In this document: positions 18,904 through 28,469 of the stretch, piece after piece
Position numbering within the stretch: position 1 is the stretch's first letter
How the letters are laid out: each line of letters starts with the position of its first letter
Notes under the pieces: generated by a model
The model's input: only the letters and a program-made list of their open reading frames with translations
Told to the model about the DNA's origin: nothing
The model's database searches: none
NCBI GenBank assembly: GCA_963666215.2
Contig: CAXWPL010000005.1
Location: 1,056,001-1,120,000 of the forward strand
Direction: 5' to 3'
Source: Acidobacteriota bacterium
GTDB taxonomy: Bacteria; Acidobacteriota; UBA890; WLXD01
Length of the DNA stretch: 64,000 nt
Position numbers and translations under genes: made by a program

Positions 18904-19070
18904 TTCGATGCGCGCTGTGAGCCCGTTCCACCTCATCATCCATTTGAGGGGTCTCCCGGCTAGGCACGGGTACACAGCACGCTCGAATCTTCGACGCGCG
19001 GCGTGAGTTCGCTCCACCTCATCACGAAATGAGGGGTCTCCCGGCTGGGAGTGTACTCACCCGCGCGTCG
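18904..19070. ncRNA. Tandem pair of structured repeats; candidate ncRNA or cis-regulatory element, unassigned
   Basis: Two copies (18904-18987, 18992-19070) share TCCACCTCATCA and TGAGGGGTCTCCCGGCT. Each is enclosed by a long stem of different sequence. Confidence 0.55.
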
Positions 19071-19351
19071 TTTTCGTGTCGGGCACTTGCATCCGCACCG
19101 CGCTCGGTGCATCGGCCATGCCGACTGCAGAAGCTGGCCACGAGCCGTTCTAGAGACGCTCAACAGGACGGTCGCCGACGCGCACGCGCCGCACGACAGT
19201 CGCGGCGAGCGAGACCGCCGAGCAGTTGCTCCGCACATGAGCCGGGAATCCATCGAGCGGAACGTGGAACGGGGCGGGAACTTAATTACTCCCTCCGCGT
19301 ATATACCGACGGCGCATTTGAATTCCGAACGCCGAGGATCGAAATGAGCGA

Positions 19352-19696
19352 ATGGAAAGTGCAGGCGTGAGCAGCCTCGAGTATCACGTGCTGTTGGCGA
19401 TGGTCGAGGGACCGTTGTACGGCTACGCAATTAAGAGCGCGGTCGAAACCGAGTCTGCGGGGGCTCTCACGCCCCGGGCCGGCTCTCTCTACAGGGTCTT
19501 GGCGCGGCTGATCACGACGGGTCTCGTGGTCGAGGCCGAGGCACCGGATCCCGGCTCTCCGCATCCCGGACGGACGCGCAAGTACTACGGCTTGACCGAG
19601 CCGGGGCGCGAGATCCTCGCCTCCGAGGCGCGTCGCCTGCGTTACGTGTCGGAGCTCGCTGAGGGGCGCCTGGGAATTGCCAGAGGACGGAGGTGA
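19352..19696 (+). CDS. PadR family transcriptional regulator
   Basis: PLYGYAI, GSLYRVLARL, RKYYGLTEPG. Confidence 0.92.
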   Translation: MESAGVSSLEYHVLLAMVEGPLYGYAIKSAVETESAGALTPRAGSLYRVLARLITTGLVVEAEAPDPGSPHPGRTRKYYGLTEPGREILASEARRLRYVSELAEGRLGIARGRR

Positions 19697-22356
19697 AGGG
19701 CCTTCTCGCTCTCCTGGTGCGACTCTTCCCCGTCGAGTTCCGCGTGCAGTTCGCGCCGGACATGCTGGAACAGATGCGGCTCGACCACGGACGCGCCCTC
19801 CAGCGCGGCCGCCTAACGGCCGTCGGATTCACGGTTTCCACGGCGCTCGACTTGCTCGGTGCGGCCATCGCCGAGCGACGAGATCCCTCTTGGAAGAGCC
19901 CGCGGCACCGCCTAACGGGAAACGAGGACAGAGCAACCATGCTGAGTAGCTGGATCAACGATCTACGCCATGCCGCTTTTGCGCTACGCCGCGCGCCTGG
20001 ATTCACCGCGGTCACGATCGTGACGCTGGGGCTGGCGATCGGCGCCAACGTCAGCATCTTCAGCGTCGTCGACGCCGTGCTGCTGAATCCGCTGCCGTAC
20101 GCCGACGCCGATCGACTCGTGCACATCGCGGCGTCGGCGCCGGGCTCGGACTTCCCCGAGGAATTCGGCGTCGCGGCCGAGTTCTACGTGCATTACACGG
20201 AGCGATCGCAACTGCTCGAGTCCGTCTCGACCTACAACTCGTTCACCAACACGCTGCGGTTGGACGACCGAATCGAGCGAGTGCGCATGTCGTGGCCGAC
20301 GTGGACGTTTTTCCACACGCTTCAAGCAACGCCGCTGTTGGGGCGTCTGCCGGCGGCAGAAGACGAGGATAGCGGCGTGGTGATTAGCCACGCGCTGTGG
20401 AACACGTGGTTCGGATCCGATCCCGACGTCATTGGAAGCACCGTCTACGTGAGCGGCGGCGACCGAACGGTGATCGGCGTCATGGGCCCAGATTTCTGGT
20501 TCCCCAGCGAAGACACGCTGCTGGGGCTCTCGAACGTCGTAGACATCGAAGATCTGACGCCGCGGCGATTCGGGCAACCGTTGGTCGCTCGCCTCGCACC
20601 GGGCGTTGATCGTGCGACGCTCGCCGCCGAGCTCAACGGACTGGCGCTCGAGCTCCCCGAGCGGTTCGGTGGATCGGCCAACTACGCCGAATTGATTGGC
20701 CAGCACCGCGCCGTGATTCGCCCGCTCAGCGAACAACTACTGGGTGTAGCGGCGGGCCCGCTGTGGATCCTTCTGGGCGCCGTGGCCATCGTCCTGTTGA
20801 TCGCGTGCGCTAATGTCGCGAACCTGTTCACGGTGCGCGCCGAACACCGTCAGCGCGACCTGGCGGTACGACGAGCGCTTGGCGCCGGTCGCGGCGCCTT
20901 GGTCCGTTCACAACTGGCCGAAGCCGTGATCATCGCCGGGTTCGCCGCCGCTCTGGCGGTTGTGCTCGCCTGGCTGGGCGTTCCCGCGTTCATCAGCGCC
21001 GCTCCGGCGGGTGTGCCGCGGATCGGACAGGCAGGGCTGACCGCGTCGACGCTTCTGTTCACAGTCGCCGCGGCCGCATTCGCGGCACTTGTCTGCGGCG
21101 TCGTGCCAGCACTTCGCGCCTCGTCGCCCCGGTTGACGCGACTGCAGGAGTCGGGTCGCGGCTCCACTCGCGAGCGTCACTGGGGCCGCGATGCCCTGGT
21201 CGTCGGGCAAACCGCGCTCGCCCTGGTTCTGCTCATCGAGTCGGGGCTCTTGATCCGGAGCTTCTTGGAGCTACAACGAGTCGATCCGGGTTATGACCTC
21301 ACCAATATCTACACCTTCCAGATCGCCCCCGACGACGATCACCTGCGAGACGCAGCCTCGTTCGCGCGTTTCCACACCGATTTCGCGGATCGTATCGCCG
21401 CCATGCCCGGGGTCGAGTCGGTGGGTCTGATCGAGAACGTGCCGCTCAACGAGGGGCTTTCCATCGCCGGTTTCTTCACCGAGGCTACCCCCGCCGACTC
21501 GAGCGGGACACACATGAGTTACACCTGGAGCGCTGGCGACTACTTCGCCACCATGGGAATCGAGGTCCTGCAGGGACGGCCATTCACCGATAGCGACCAG
21601 GTGTCGACGCTCGGCAACATCGTCATCAGCGAGACGGCGGCGAAGACGCTGTGGCCCGGCGAGAATCCGATTGGCCGTCGGCTTCGCCAGGGCGATCTGG
21701 AGACCTGGGAAACCGTCGTCGGTGTGGTCGAGGACGTCATGCAGGACAGCTTCCGCGACCAGCCCCTGGCCCTCGTCTACTTCCCGTTCGTCGGCCAGTC
21801 ACCTGATAGCCGAGCGATCTCCTCTCCGGCCTACGTGGTGAAGACGAGCAGAACCGACACGATCGGGCCCGAGATCCGCGCCGCCGTGCGCGAGGCGTCG
21901 CCAACGGCGCCGATGTACCGCACGTACACCATGGAAGGCCTAGCGGCCGATTCGATGGTCATCGTGTCGTTCACGATGCTCACCCTGGGGATCGCCGCTT
22001 CGCTGGCGCTCACCCTCGGTGCCATCGGATTGTTCGGCGTGCTGTCGTACGTCGTCGCCGAGCGCACGCGCGAGATCGGCGTGCGCATGGCGCTCGGCGC
22101 GGAGGCCGCAAAGGTGCGCCGCATGGTGGTGAAACAGGGCGCCCGGCTGATCGCGGTTGGTGTTGTCGTCGGCGTTGTCGTCGCCACGGCAACCTCGCGC
22201 GTCCTCGCGAGCCTGCTATTCGGCGTGCAATCCACCGACCTCGCCACCTTCGTGGGAATGTCGGCCGCCCTGGTGATGACCGGCTTGCTGGCGAGCTACC
22301 TTCCCGCGCGACGCGCTTCTCGCGTGGATCCGATCGAGTCGCTGCGCAACGACTGA
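19693..22356 (+). CDS. ADOP-type duplicated ABC permease (MacB/FtsX x2)
   Basis: DLRHAAFALRRAPGF, LLIACANVANL, RTREIGVRMALGA and RRASRVDPIESLR; GTGA overlap with padR. Confidence 0.93.
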   Translation: MKGLLALLVRLFPVEFRVQFAPDMLEQMRLDHGRALQRGRLTAVGFTVSTALDLLGAAIAERRDPSWKSPRHRLTGNEDRATMLSSWINDLRHAAFALRRAPGFTAVTIVTLGLAIGANVSIFSVVDAVLLNPLPYADADRLVHIAASAPGSDFPEEFGVAAEFYVHYTERSQLLESVSTYNSFTNTLRLDDRIERVRMSWPTWTFFHTLQATPLLGRLPAAEDEDSGVVISHALWNTWFGSDPDVIGSTVYVSGGDRTVIGVMGPDFWFPSEDTLLGLSNVVDIEDLTPRRFGQPLVARLAPGVDRATLAAELNGLALELPERFGGSANYAELIGQHRAVIRPLSEQLLGVAAGPLWILLGAVAIVLLIACANVANLFTVRAEHRQRDLAVRRALGAGRGALVRSQLAEAVIIAGFAAALAVVLAWLGVPAFISAAPAGVPRIGQAGLTASTLLFTVAAAAFAALVCGVVPALRASSPRLTRLQESGRGSTRERHWGRDALVVGQTALALVLLIESGLLIRSFLELQRVDPGYDLTNIYTFQIAPDDDHLRDAASFARFHTDFADRIAAMPGVESVGLIENVPLNEGLSIAGFFTEATPADSSGTHMSYTWSAGDYFATMGIEVLQGRPFTDSDQVSTLGNIVISETAAKTLWPGENPIGRRLRQGDLETWETVVGVVEDVMQDSFRDQPLALVYFPFVGQSPDSRAISSPAYVVKTSRTDTIGPEIRAAVREASPTAPMYRTYTMEGLAADSMVIVSFTMLTLGIAASLALTLGAIGLFGVLSYVVAERTREIGVRMALGAEAAKVRRMVVKQGARLIAVGVVVGVVVATATSRVLASLLFGVQSTDLATFVGMSAALVMTGLLASYLPARRASRVDPIESLRND

Positions 22357-22408
22357 AGAAACGCGCAGTGCTCGAGCGTGTTCGAGGAGCGACAGCAGCC
22401 GTGGCCGA

Positions 22409-24553
22409 CTACTCGCGCGCTGCTGTCGTCTCCGCCATCCCCTGCCGGGCCCTCTGCAACTGTTTCGGCATCGCGTCGTCCGTCATGTAACGCTCGAACC
22501 AGTGGCGGAGGTAGAGCTGGGTGCGCAGGAAGTTCGAGGGTTTCGACGACGTCCCGTGCCACTCGTCGTTGAAGCGCACCATCGCGGTCGGCACGCGCAG
22601 CACCTTGAGCGCCGCGTAGAACTCCTCGGTCTGGGAGATCGGCGTACGCAAGTCGTTGACGCCGGTCATCAGCATCGTCGGCGTCTTGACGTTGCCGACA
22701 TACATCAGTGGCGACCTCCGCAGATGCTCGCTCGGGTCTTCCCAGGGCAGATTGTCGAAGTTGCGATACCAGGAGATGCCGTCGGTCGTGCCAACGAACG
22801 ACATCCAGTTGATCACCGGGCAGTTCGACGACGCCGCCGCGAAGCGATCGGTGTGGCCGACAACCCAGGCGGTAAGAACGCCACCGCCCGAGCAACCGTA
22901 GACGTACATGTTGCGCTCGTCGATTGAGCCCTTTGCGACTACCGCGTCGACGCCGGCCATCAGATCGTCGAAGTCCTTGTCGGGGTAGGCACGGTTGATC
23001 GCGTTGCCGAACTCGGTGCCGTAGCCCGACGAGCCCCGAGGATTGCTGTAGAACACAACGTAGCCGTTGGCAGCGTGGTTCTGCCAGCCGAAGTTGAAGC
23101 CGGTGTTGTACATGCCGTGCGGTCCGCCGTGGATCGCCAGCACCAGCGGATAGCTGCGCGCGCCATCGAAATCGGGTGGCCTGATCACCCATCCCTGGAT
23201 GTCGAGCCCGTCCGCGGACTGGTAGTTGATCTCCTCGACCTCGCCCAGCTGGACGCTGGAAAGGAGATTCGCATTAACGTTGGTGAGCCGCGTTATGGCG
23301 CGTGGGTTGTCGACGTCGAACCTGTAGATGTCCCCAGGCTCCTGCGGGCTCGAGATCGTCGCCACGGCAACGCCGCCGCGACTGATGCTGCTCACCGACA
23401 GCATGTGGTCGCCGTCGGTCACCTTCACCGGGCCTTCGGATCCATCGGCGGCAACAAAATAGAGATTGCGCGTGCCATGATCATTAACCGTGAAATGCAG
23501 GCCACTCGAGTCGGACCGCCAGGTCAATCTAGACGGCGAGCGATCGAGCTCCGGCGTCACGCTGCGGGTGTTCGAGCCGTCGGCGTTCATGACGTAGAGC
23601 TGGCGCTCGATGTAGGTCTGCTCCACGAAGGCGTTGCCGGTGAACGCCACCATGCTGCCGTCGGGCGAAACCACGGGGCCCGACTCCGGGCCACGGGCGT
23701 CGGTGAGCTGCGACGTTGCTCCGCTCGCGACGTCAATCGAGTAGATGTTCGAAGCGCGCCAGTGGTGCTCGGCATCTTCCAGCAACAGGCCCGAAAAGTA
23801 GAACTTGCTGCCGTCGGGGCTCCAGACCGGGCTGCCGAAGTTGAAGTTGCCGCTCGAGACCTGGCGCACCGGCCCGCCGTCGGCCGAGGCCACGAAGAGC
23901 TGCTGGAAGCCATCGTCGATGAAGCCGCGCCGGTCGCGCCGGTACAGCGCGCGCTCGACAATGCGGGGCGCCTCGGTCCATTTCGCACCCTGCGGGCGAC
24001 CGGGTAGCTCGATATGCCAATCGTTGTCGGACCGTACCAGCGAGCGGAAGGCGATCTGCGTGCCGTCGGGTGACCACGTCACATCGCTAGGCGAGCTCTC
24101 CACACGGGTGACCTGGCTCGCGGCGACCTCGGCGTCCATCCAGCGAACCCAGATCTGCGAGCCGCGCGGCTCGCCCGGCGCTACGTAGGCGATCCGGGTG
24201 CCGTCGCGCGACCAGATCGCGTCGGAGCCCTCGACCAGCTTGCGCTTGCGCGAACCGTCGGCGTTCATCACCCACAGCTCCGACTCACGCGCGTCGTTGA
24301 CGGCGTCGGTCCAGGTGAGCGTGTAGACGATCCGGCTTCCATCGGGAGAAACCTGCGGGCTGCCGACGCCTTGCATGTGGTGGTACATGTCGAGGCTCAG
24401 TCGCTTGCCCGACATCTGTCCTGAAACGGCGATACCCGCGGCACCCTCCGGCGCCAGCGTCGTGGCGAGCACGGCAACGAAAAGTAGAACGGTGAGCGAC
24501 TGCCGAGAGCGAGCAGCTCTCGATTGGGCACTGGCAACGGGCGACGACGTCAT
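22409..24553 (-). CDS. S9 family peptidase (acylaminoacyl/dipeptidyl aminopeptidase), exported
   Basis: Beta-propeller WSPDG repeats, IHGGPH, GCSGGG nucleophile, DLRT, EWHG. Confidence 0.92.
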   Translation of the reverse strand: MTSSPVASAQSRAARSRQSLTVLLFVAVLATTLAPEGAAGIAVSGQMSGKRLSLDMYHHMQGVGSPQVSPDGSRIVYTLTWTDAVNDARESELWVMNADGSRKRKLVEGSDAIWSRDGTRIAYVAPGEPRGSQIWVRWMDAEVAASQVTRVESSPSDVTWSPDGTQIAFRSLVRSDNDWHIELPGRPQGAKWTEAPRIVERALYRRDRRGFIDDGFQQLFVASADGGPVRQVSSGNFNFGSPVWSPDGSKFYFSGLLLEDAEHHWRASNIYSIDVASGATSQLTDARGPESGPVVSPDGSMVAFTGNAFVEQTYIERQLYVMNADGSNTRSVTPELDRSPSRLTWRSDSSGLHFTVNDHGTRNLYFVAADGSEGPVKVTDGDHMLSVSSISRGGVAVATISSPQEPGDIYRFDVDNPRAITRLTNVNANLLSSVQLGEVEEINYQSADGLDIQGWVIRPPDFDGARSYPLVLAIHGGPHGMYNTGFNFGWQNHAANGYVVFYSNPRGSSGYGTEFGNAINRAYPDKDFDDLMAGVDAVVAKGSIDERNMYVYGCSGGGVLTAWVVGHTDRFAAASSNCPVINWMSFVGTTDGISWYRNFDNLPWEDPSEHLRRSPLMYVGNVKTPTMLMTGVNDLRTPISQTEEFYAALKVLRVPTAMVRFNDEWHGTSSKPSNFLRTQLYLRHWFERYMTDDAMPKQLQRARQGMAETTAARE

Positions 24554-24821
24554 GCGAACCTCCGGAGTGGGATCTGCAAGTGGATCGAGACGCCCTATTC
24601 TGCCGGTCGCTGAGGAAAGACACCACCGAGCGAGCCTACCGAGGCCCGTGGGTAGGCTTGTCGCGCTTGCCACCGTCCTCAGACGTACCAGGTCGCGATC
24701 GATCAGCGCGTGGTGTGGTGGGCACGCGACAAGAGAGACGTTTGACCGATTCGCAAGACCCGCGCAGACTGGTCCTGCGAGCGCGCCGACGCCCGGCGCG
24801 GCCCTCCGAGGAACTCCGCCG

Positions 24822-25898
24822 ATGACCACGCATTCGCCTGTCGCCACGACGACCAAGCGCCTGTTCGACCTCGACGACGACGCTGACTACATTGAGGTCC
24901 TCTACCGCGTCATCTTCGACCGCGAGGCCGACGAAGAGGGTCTGCAGTTCTACGTCCATGAGCTGCAGAAGGCATGCCTTACGCGGCGCCAGGTGTTCGA
25001 CCGCATGCTGGCCTCGGAGGAGGCACGCTACGGAATCTGCTTCAAGTACGACTACCAGCACGCGATGCGCGACTTCGTAGAAGTCTTCCCCAACGACAGC
25101 TTCCTGCCTTGGGTCTCGGCGAATCCCCACACCGCCAGCCAGCTGTGTGAGATCACGAATCCGCGTAAGTGGTTCAACGTGGAGTGGACGCACATACTCG
25201 ACGAGCTGCAACTGTCGTCGTCGCCCGAGCTCATGCACCGCAAAGGATTCGAGTGGGCGCAAACGCTGTACGGACTCGACCAGCTAGGCTATTTACACGA
25301 CGGCACACGTTGCCTCGGCGTGGGCAGCGGGCACGAGGCCATCCTGTACTGGCTGGCGAACCGTGTCGGCGAGGTCGTCGCGACCGATCTGTACGAGGGT
25401 GAATGGGTCGACAAGGGCTCACAGGAAGGCAACCCCGACGTCCTGCTCGCCCCTCAGAAGTACGCGCCGTTCGAGTACCGCGAGGACCGGCTGTCGTTTC
25501 TGCAAATGGACGGCCGCAACCTGGAGTTTGAGGACAATTCGTTCGACGTCGTCTTCTCGCTGTCGTCCATCGAGCACTTCGGCGGCAACGAGGCCGCGGC
25601 GCAGGCGATGCGGGAAAAGGCGCGCGTCTGCAGGCCCGGCGGCATCGTCATCGTCGCCACCGAGTTGATCCTCAACGACGCCGCTCATCCGGAGTTCTTC
25701 ACACTCGACGAGATTCGTGAGCACATCGTCGCGGCCTCCGGCATGAAGCTCATCCAGCCGCCCGAGTTCAGCATGCCCAAGCACGCTCTTGACGACCCCT
25801 GCGTGATGCCGCAGGAGGTGTTCCGATGCCCGCACATCGTGCTCGACTTCGATGGCGTCCTCGACACCTCGATCATTCTGTTCTTGCGGCACGCGTGA
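24822..25898 (+). CDS. SAM-dependent methyltransferase with N-terminal DUF4214-like domain
   Basis: YIEVLYRVIFDREADEEG..MLASEE (DUF4214-like); LGVGSG motif I; FDVVFSLSSIEHFG; RVCRPGG. Confidence 0.8.
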   Translation: MTTHSPVATTTKRLFDLDDDADYIEVLYRVIFDREADEEGLQFYVHELQKACLTRRQVFDRMLASEEARYGICFKYDYQHAMRDFVEVFPNDSFLPWVSANPHTASQLCEITNPRKWFNVEWTHILDELQLSSSPELMHRKGFEWAQTLYGLDQLGYLHDGTRCLGVGSGHEAILYWLANRVGEVVATDLYEGEWVDKGSQEGNPDVLLAPQKYAPFEYREDRLSFLQMDGRNLEFEDNSFDVVFSLSSIEHFGGNEAAAQAMREKARVCRPGGIVIVATELILNDAAHPEFFTLDEIREHIVAASGMKLIQPPEFSMPKHALDDPCVMPQEVFRCPHIVLDFDGVLDTSIILFLRHA

Positions 25899-28469
25899 TC
25901 TCGAGACGAATTGCGGCCGCGCTCGCGGTTTTCGCCGGGGCCTTCGGCCTGACCACGGTTCGGCGGCTGGCGGAGCTGCCGGTATGGACCGGGCAGGGCC
26001 GGTTTTTCGAGCTCGCGGCCACCGCGATGGCCGCCGACCCGCTGTCGTTTGCGGGCAAGCTTGCCGTTGAGATTCTCGCCGTCGGCATCGCCTATGTGCT
26101 GCTGATCGAAGCGAGCTGTAGGCTTTCGCGGCAGCAGCCGCTCTCGCGTCGGAGAGCGACCCATGTGTGGCTCCCTACGATCGCCGGCGGCAGCGTCGGG
26201 GGTGCGGCGCTTGTTCTCGACCCATGGTTCCACCACTCCACCGCGAGTCTACTTGCGGTCTCGGGAATCGGGTTCGGGCTGCTTCTGAGCCTGTCGAGGT
26301 TGTGGCGTGCCGGCGCGGCAGCCACCGCTGCGGCCCACTCCGCCGACTCCGCCACGGGAAACCGTCAGGGTCAGCTCGACTATCCCCGCGCGCTTATCGC
26401 AGGCGGCGCGGTGCTCGTTGCCATCGCGATGGTGTCGCCGCTCACCCCCACGTGGCACAAGCTGCTGGGCGACGAGCCCCACTACCTGCTGATGACACAC
26501 AGCCTGATCGTCGACGGTGACCTCGAGCTGTCGGCCAACTACAACGACGCCGCCTACTTCGGCTTTTTCCCGGCACAGAACCTGTCGCCGCACACGAAGC
26601 CGGGGCTGGTCGAACGATCGCGCTACTCGATCCACAGCTATGGGTTGTCGGCGCTGCTGGTCCCCTGGTACGCCCTGGCGCGCGGCACATCGTTGCCCAC
26701 GTTCACCTTCATCGTCAGGGCCGGGGCGAGTCTCTGGCTCGGGGCGTTCGCTTGGATCCTGTTCGGGCTGATCGCCGACATGGGCGGCCGGTCGGCTGCG
26801 GCGTGGGGGACCTCGACCGCGGTGCTGAGCGGGCCTGTTTTCTTCAACGCCCCCGCACCTGTTCCCCGACTTCGCCGCGCTCACCTTCTCGTGCGCTGCC
26901 TATACGCTCCTGCGCCGCGCACCGAGTCGTTGGCGTGCGCTCGCGGCTGGCGCCTGCCTCGCCTGGCTCCCGTGGTTGCACTACAAGAATCTGGGGATCT
27001 TCGCGACGTTGATTGCGATCGGCTGCGCAACCATCCTGTGGCCCGGTCGACTCGGCGTCGGCGGCAGACCAGGCGCGGAGCGCAACAGCTCTCGTGACAC
27101 GCCTTTGACCACGCTGGCGTGCTTGCTCGCGCTGCCCTTGCTGGCCGTGATGGGGCACGTGGCTCTGACGTGGACTGCGTACAACCGGATCTCCCCGATG
27201 TCGATCACGATCGGTACCGGTAGTACCGGTACATCGGTAGCGCGCGCCATCGAGCGTGGCGACGCTCTCAGCAGCTACCTCACGGATCCACTCGGCGCCA
27301 TGGCTACGATCGCGGGTTACTTTCTCGACCAGAAAGAAGGTCTACTGGTCTACGGTCCCTACTACCTGCTGGCGGCCGTCGGCATGGCGTGGATGTGGCG
27401 GCGACGCCGCATCGAGTTGATCACCCTGGTGGTGATCTTTTTCTCGTACGTAGGCCCGATCTCACTCAGTCAAGTGTCGGGCTACTGGGGCCCTCCGCAG
27501 CGCTGGATGCTTGGCGGCCTGTGGCCGCTGGTCGTGCTCGCGGCGTTGGGTCTCGGCCTCCCTGTCGACGCCTCTACGGAGGGTCGCTGGCTACGCCGAT
27601 CGCGCGGCGTGCTTCTGGCAGTGACTGCGCTCGTGACGCTGGTTCTTCTCGGCACTCCCGACCTCGCTTACAACGACCTCGGCATCGAGCGCTCATTGCT
27701 GCTGCAGCACTACGGCGCCCCCGGACTGCCTCTATGGCGCGCCTTTCCGGTGTGGTTCCGCTACGGCGAGCCACAGTGGCTGGCGACTTGGCTATGGCTG
27801 CTCGCCATGGCGGGTGCCAGCGGGGTGCTTTACCGATGGGGCAGCCGAGCGTTGTCGGCCGCGCCAGAGGTTCGTGCGGAACGCCCCACTCCCGGGGCCG
27901 CCGCCGCTGAGGACAATCCGGACGAACCCTGCAGCGTGCTTGGCGTCGAGGGTCTTCGAGCGGCTGCCGTAACCTCCGCGTTCGCCGCTGCGTTGTTCCT
28001 TACCCATCACGCTCTCGTTCCGGTGTCGGCGCCAGCACTGAACGACGTCCGCGACTACGGCGCCATTCGCGTGATCGTACCGAGACGCCCGTCGGTGCGG
28101 GTCTGGAGCCAGCCGAGCAGCCTGTGGAGTGGCGGCAGCGACGAGGTGACCATAGTGATCTCCACGGCGCGGCCGCTCGAGAGCCTGGAGCTGAGCGTTA
28201 CCGCGATCGATCCGATGCCGGCGCTGATCGGTATCGGCGACTCGCGAGCGCGGCTGGATCTAGATGGCCGGGGCACACGCCGTGTGTTGCTGAGTCCGAG
28301 TGGAGGCGTCGGCACACGCTGGCAAACGCGGTGGCACTATCCGCTGCATATCCGCTCAGGTGGATCGAGCCTGGCGAGCAAGCTGCCGAACAACGAGAGC
28401 GACACGCGGGTGTTGGGGGTGAATGTCCGCTTCGGACCCGCGACGTTGAGCCCGAGGCGCGACAGGTGA
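25895..28469 (+). pseudogene. Large integral-membrane GT-C-like glycosyltransferase, +1 frameshift at C5 (26850-26854)
   Basis: GDEPHYL loop motif. Removing one C joins ORFs 25826..27097 and 26976..28469 into 857 aa (FNAPHLFPDF..LPWLHYK). Confidence 0.7.

Noticed and set aside
18904-19070. CRISPR mini-array, attC sites or hammerhead ribozyme
   Set aside because: Only two copies, no unique spacers and no cas genes; no RYYYAAC/GTTRRRY ends; the minus-strand UGAUGA lacks the CUGAUGA and GAAA hammerhead core.
19352-22356. PadR plus orphan permease as a novel system
   Set aside because: Matches the described acidobacterial PadR-ADOP pairing.
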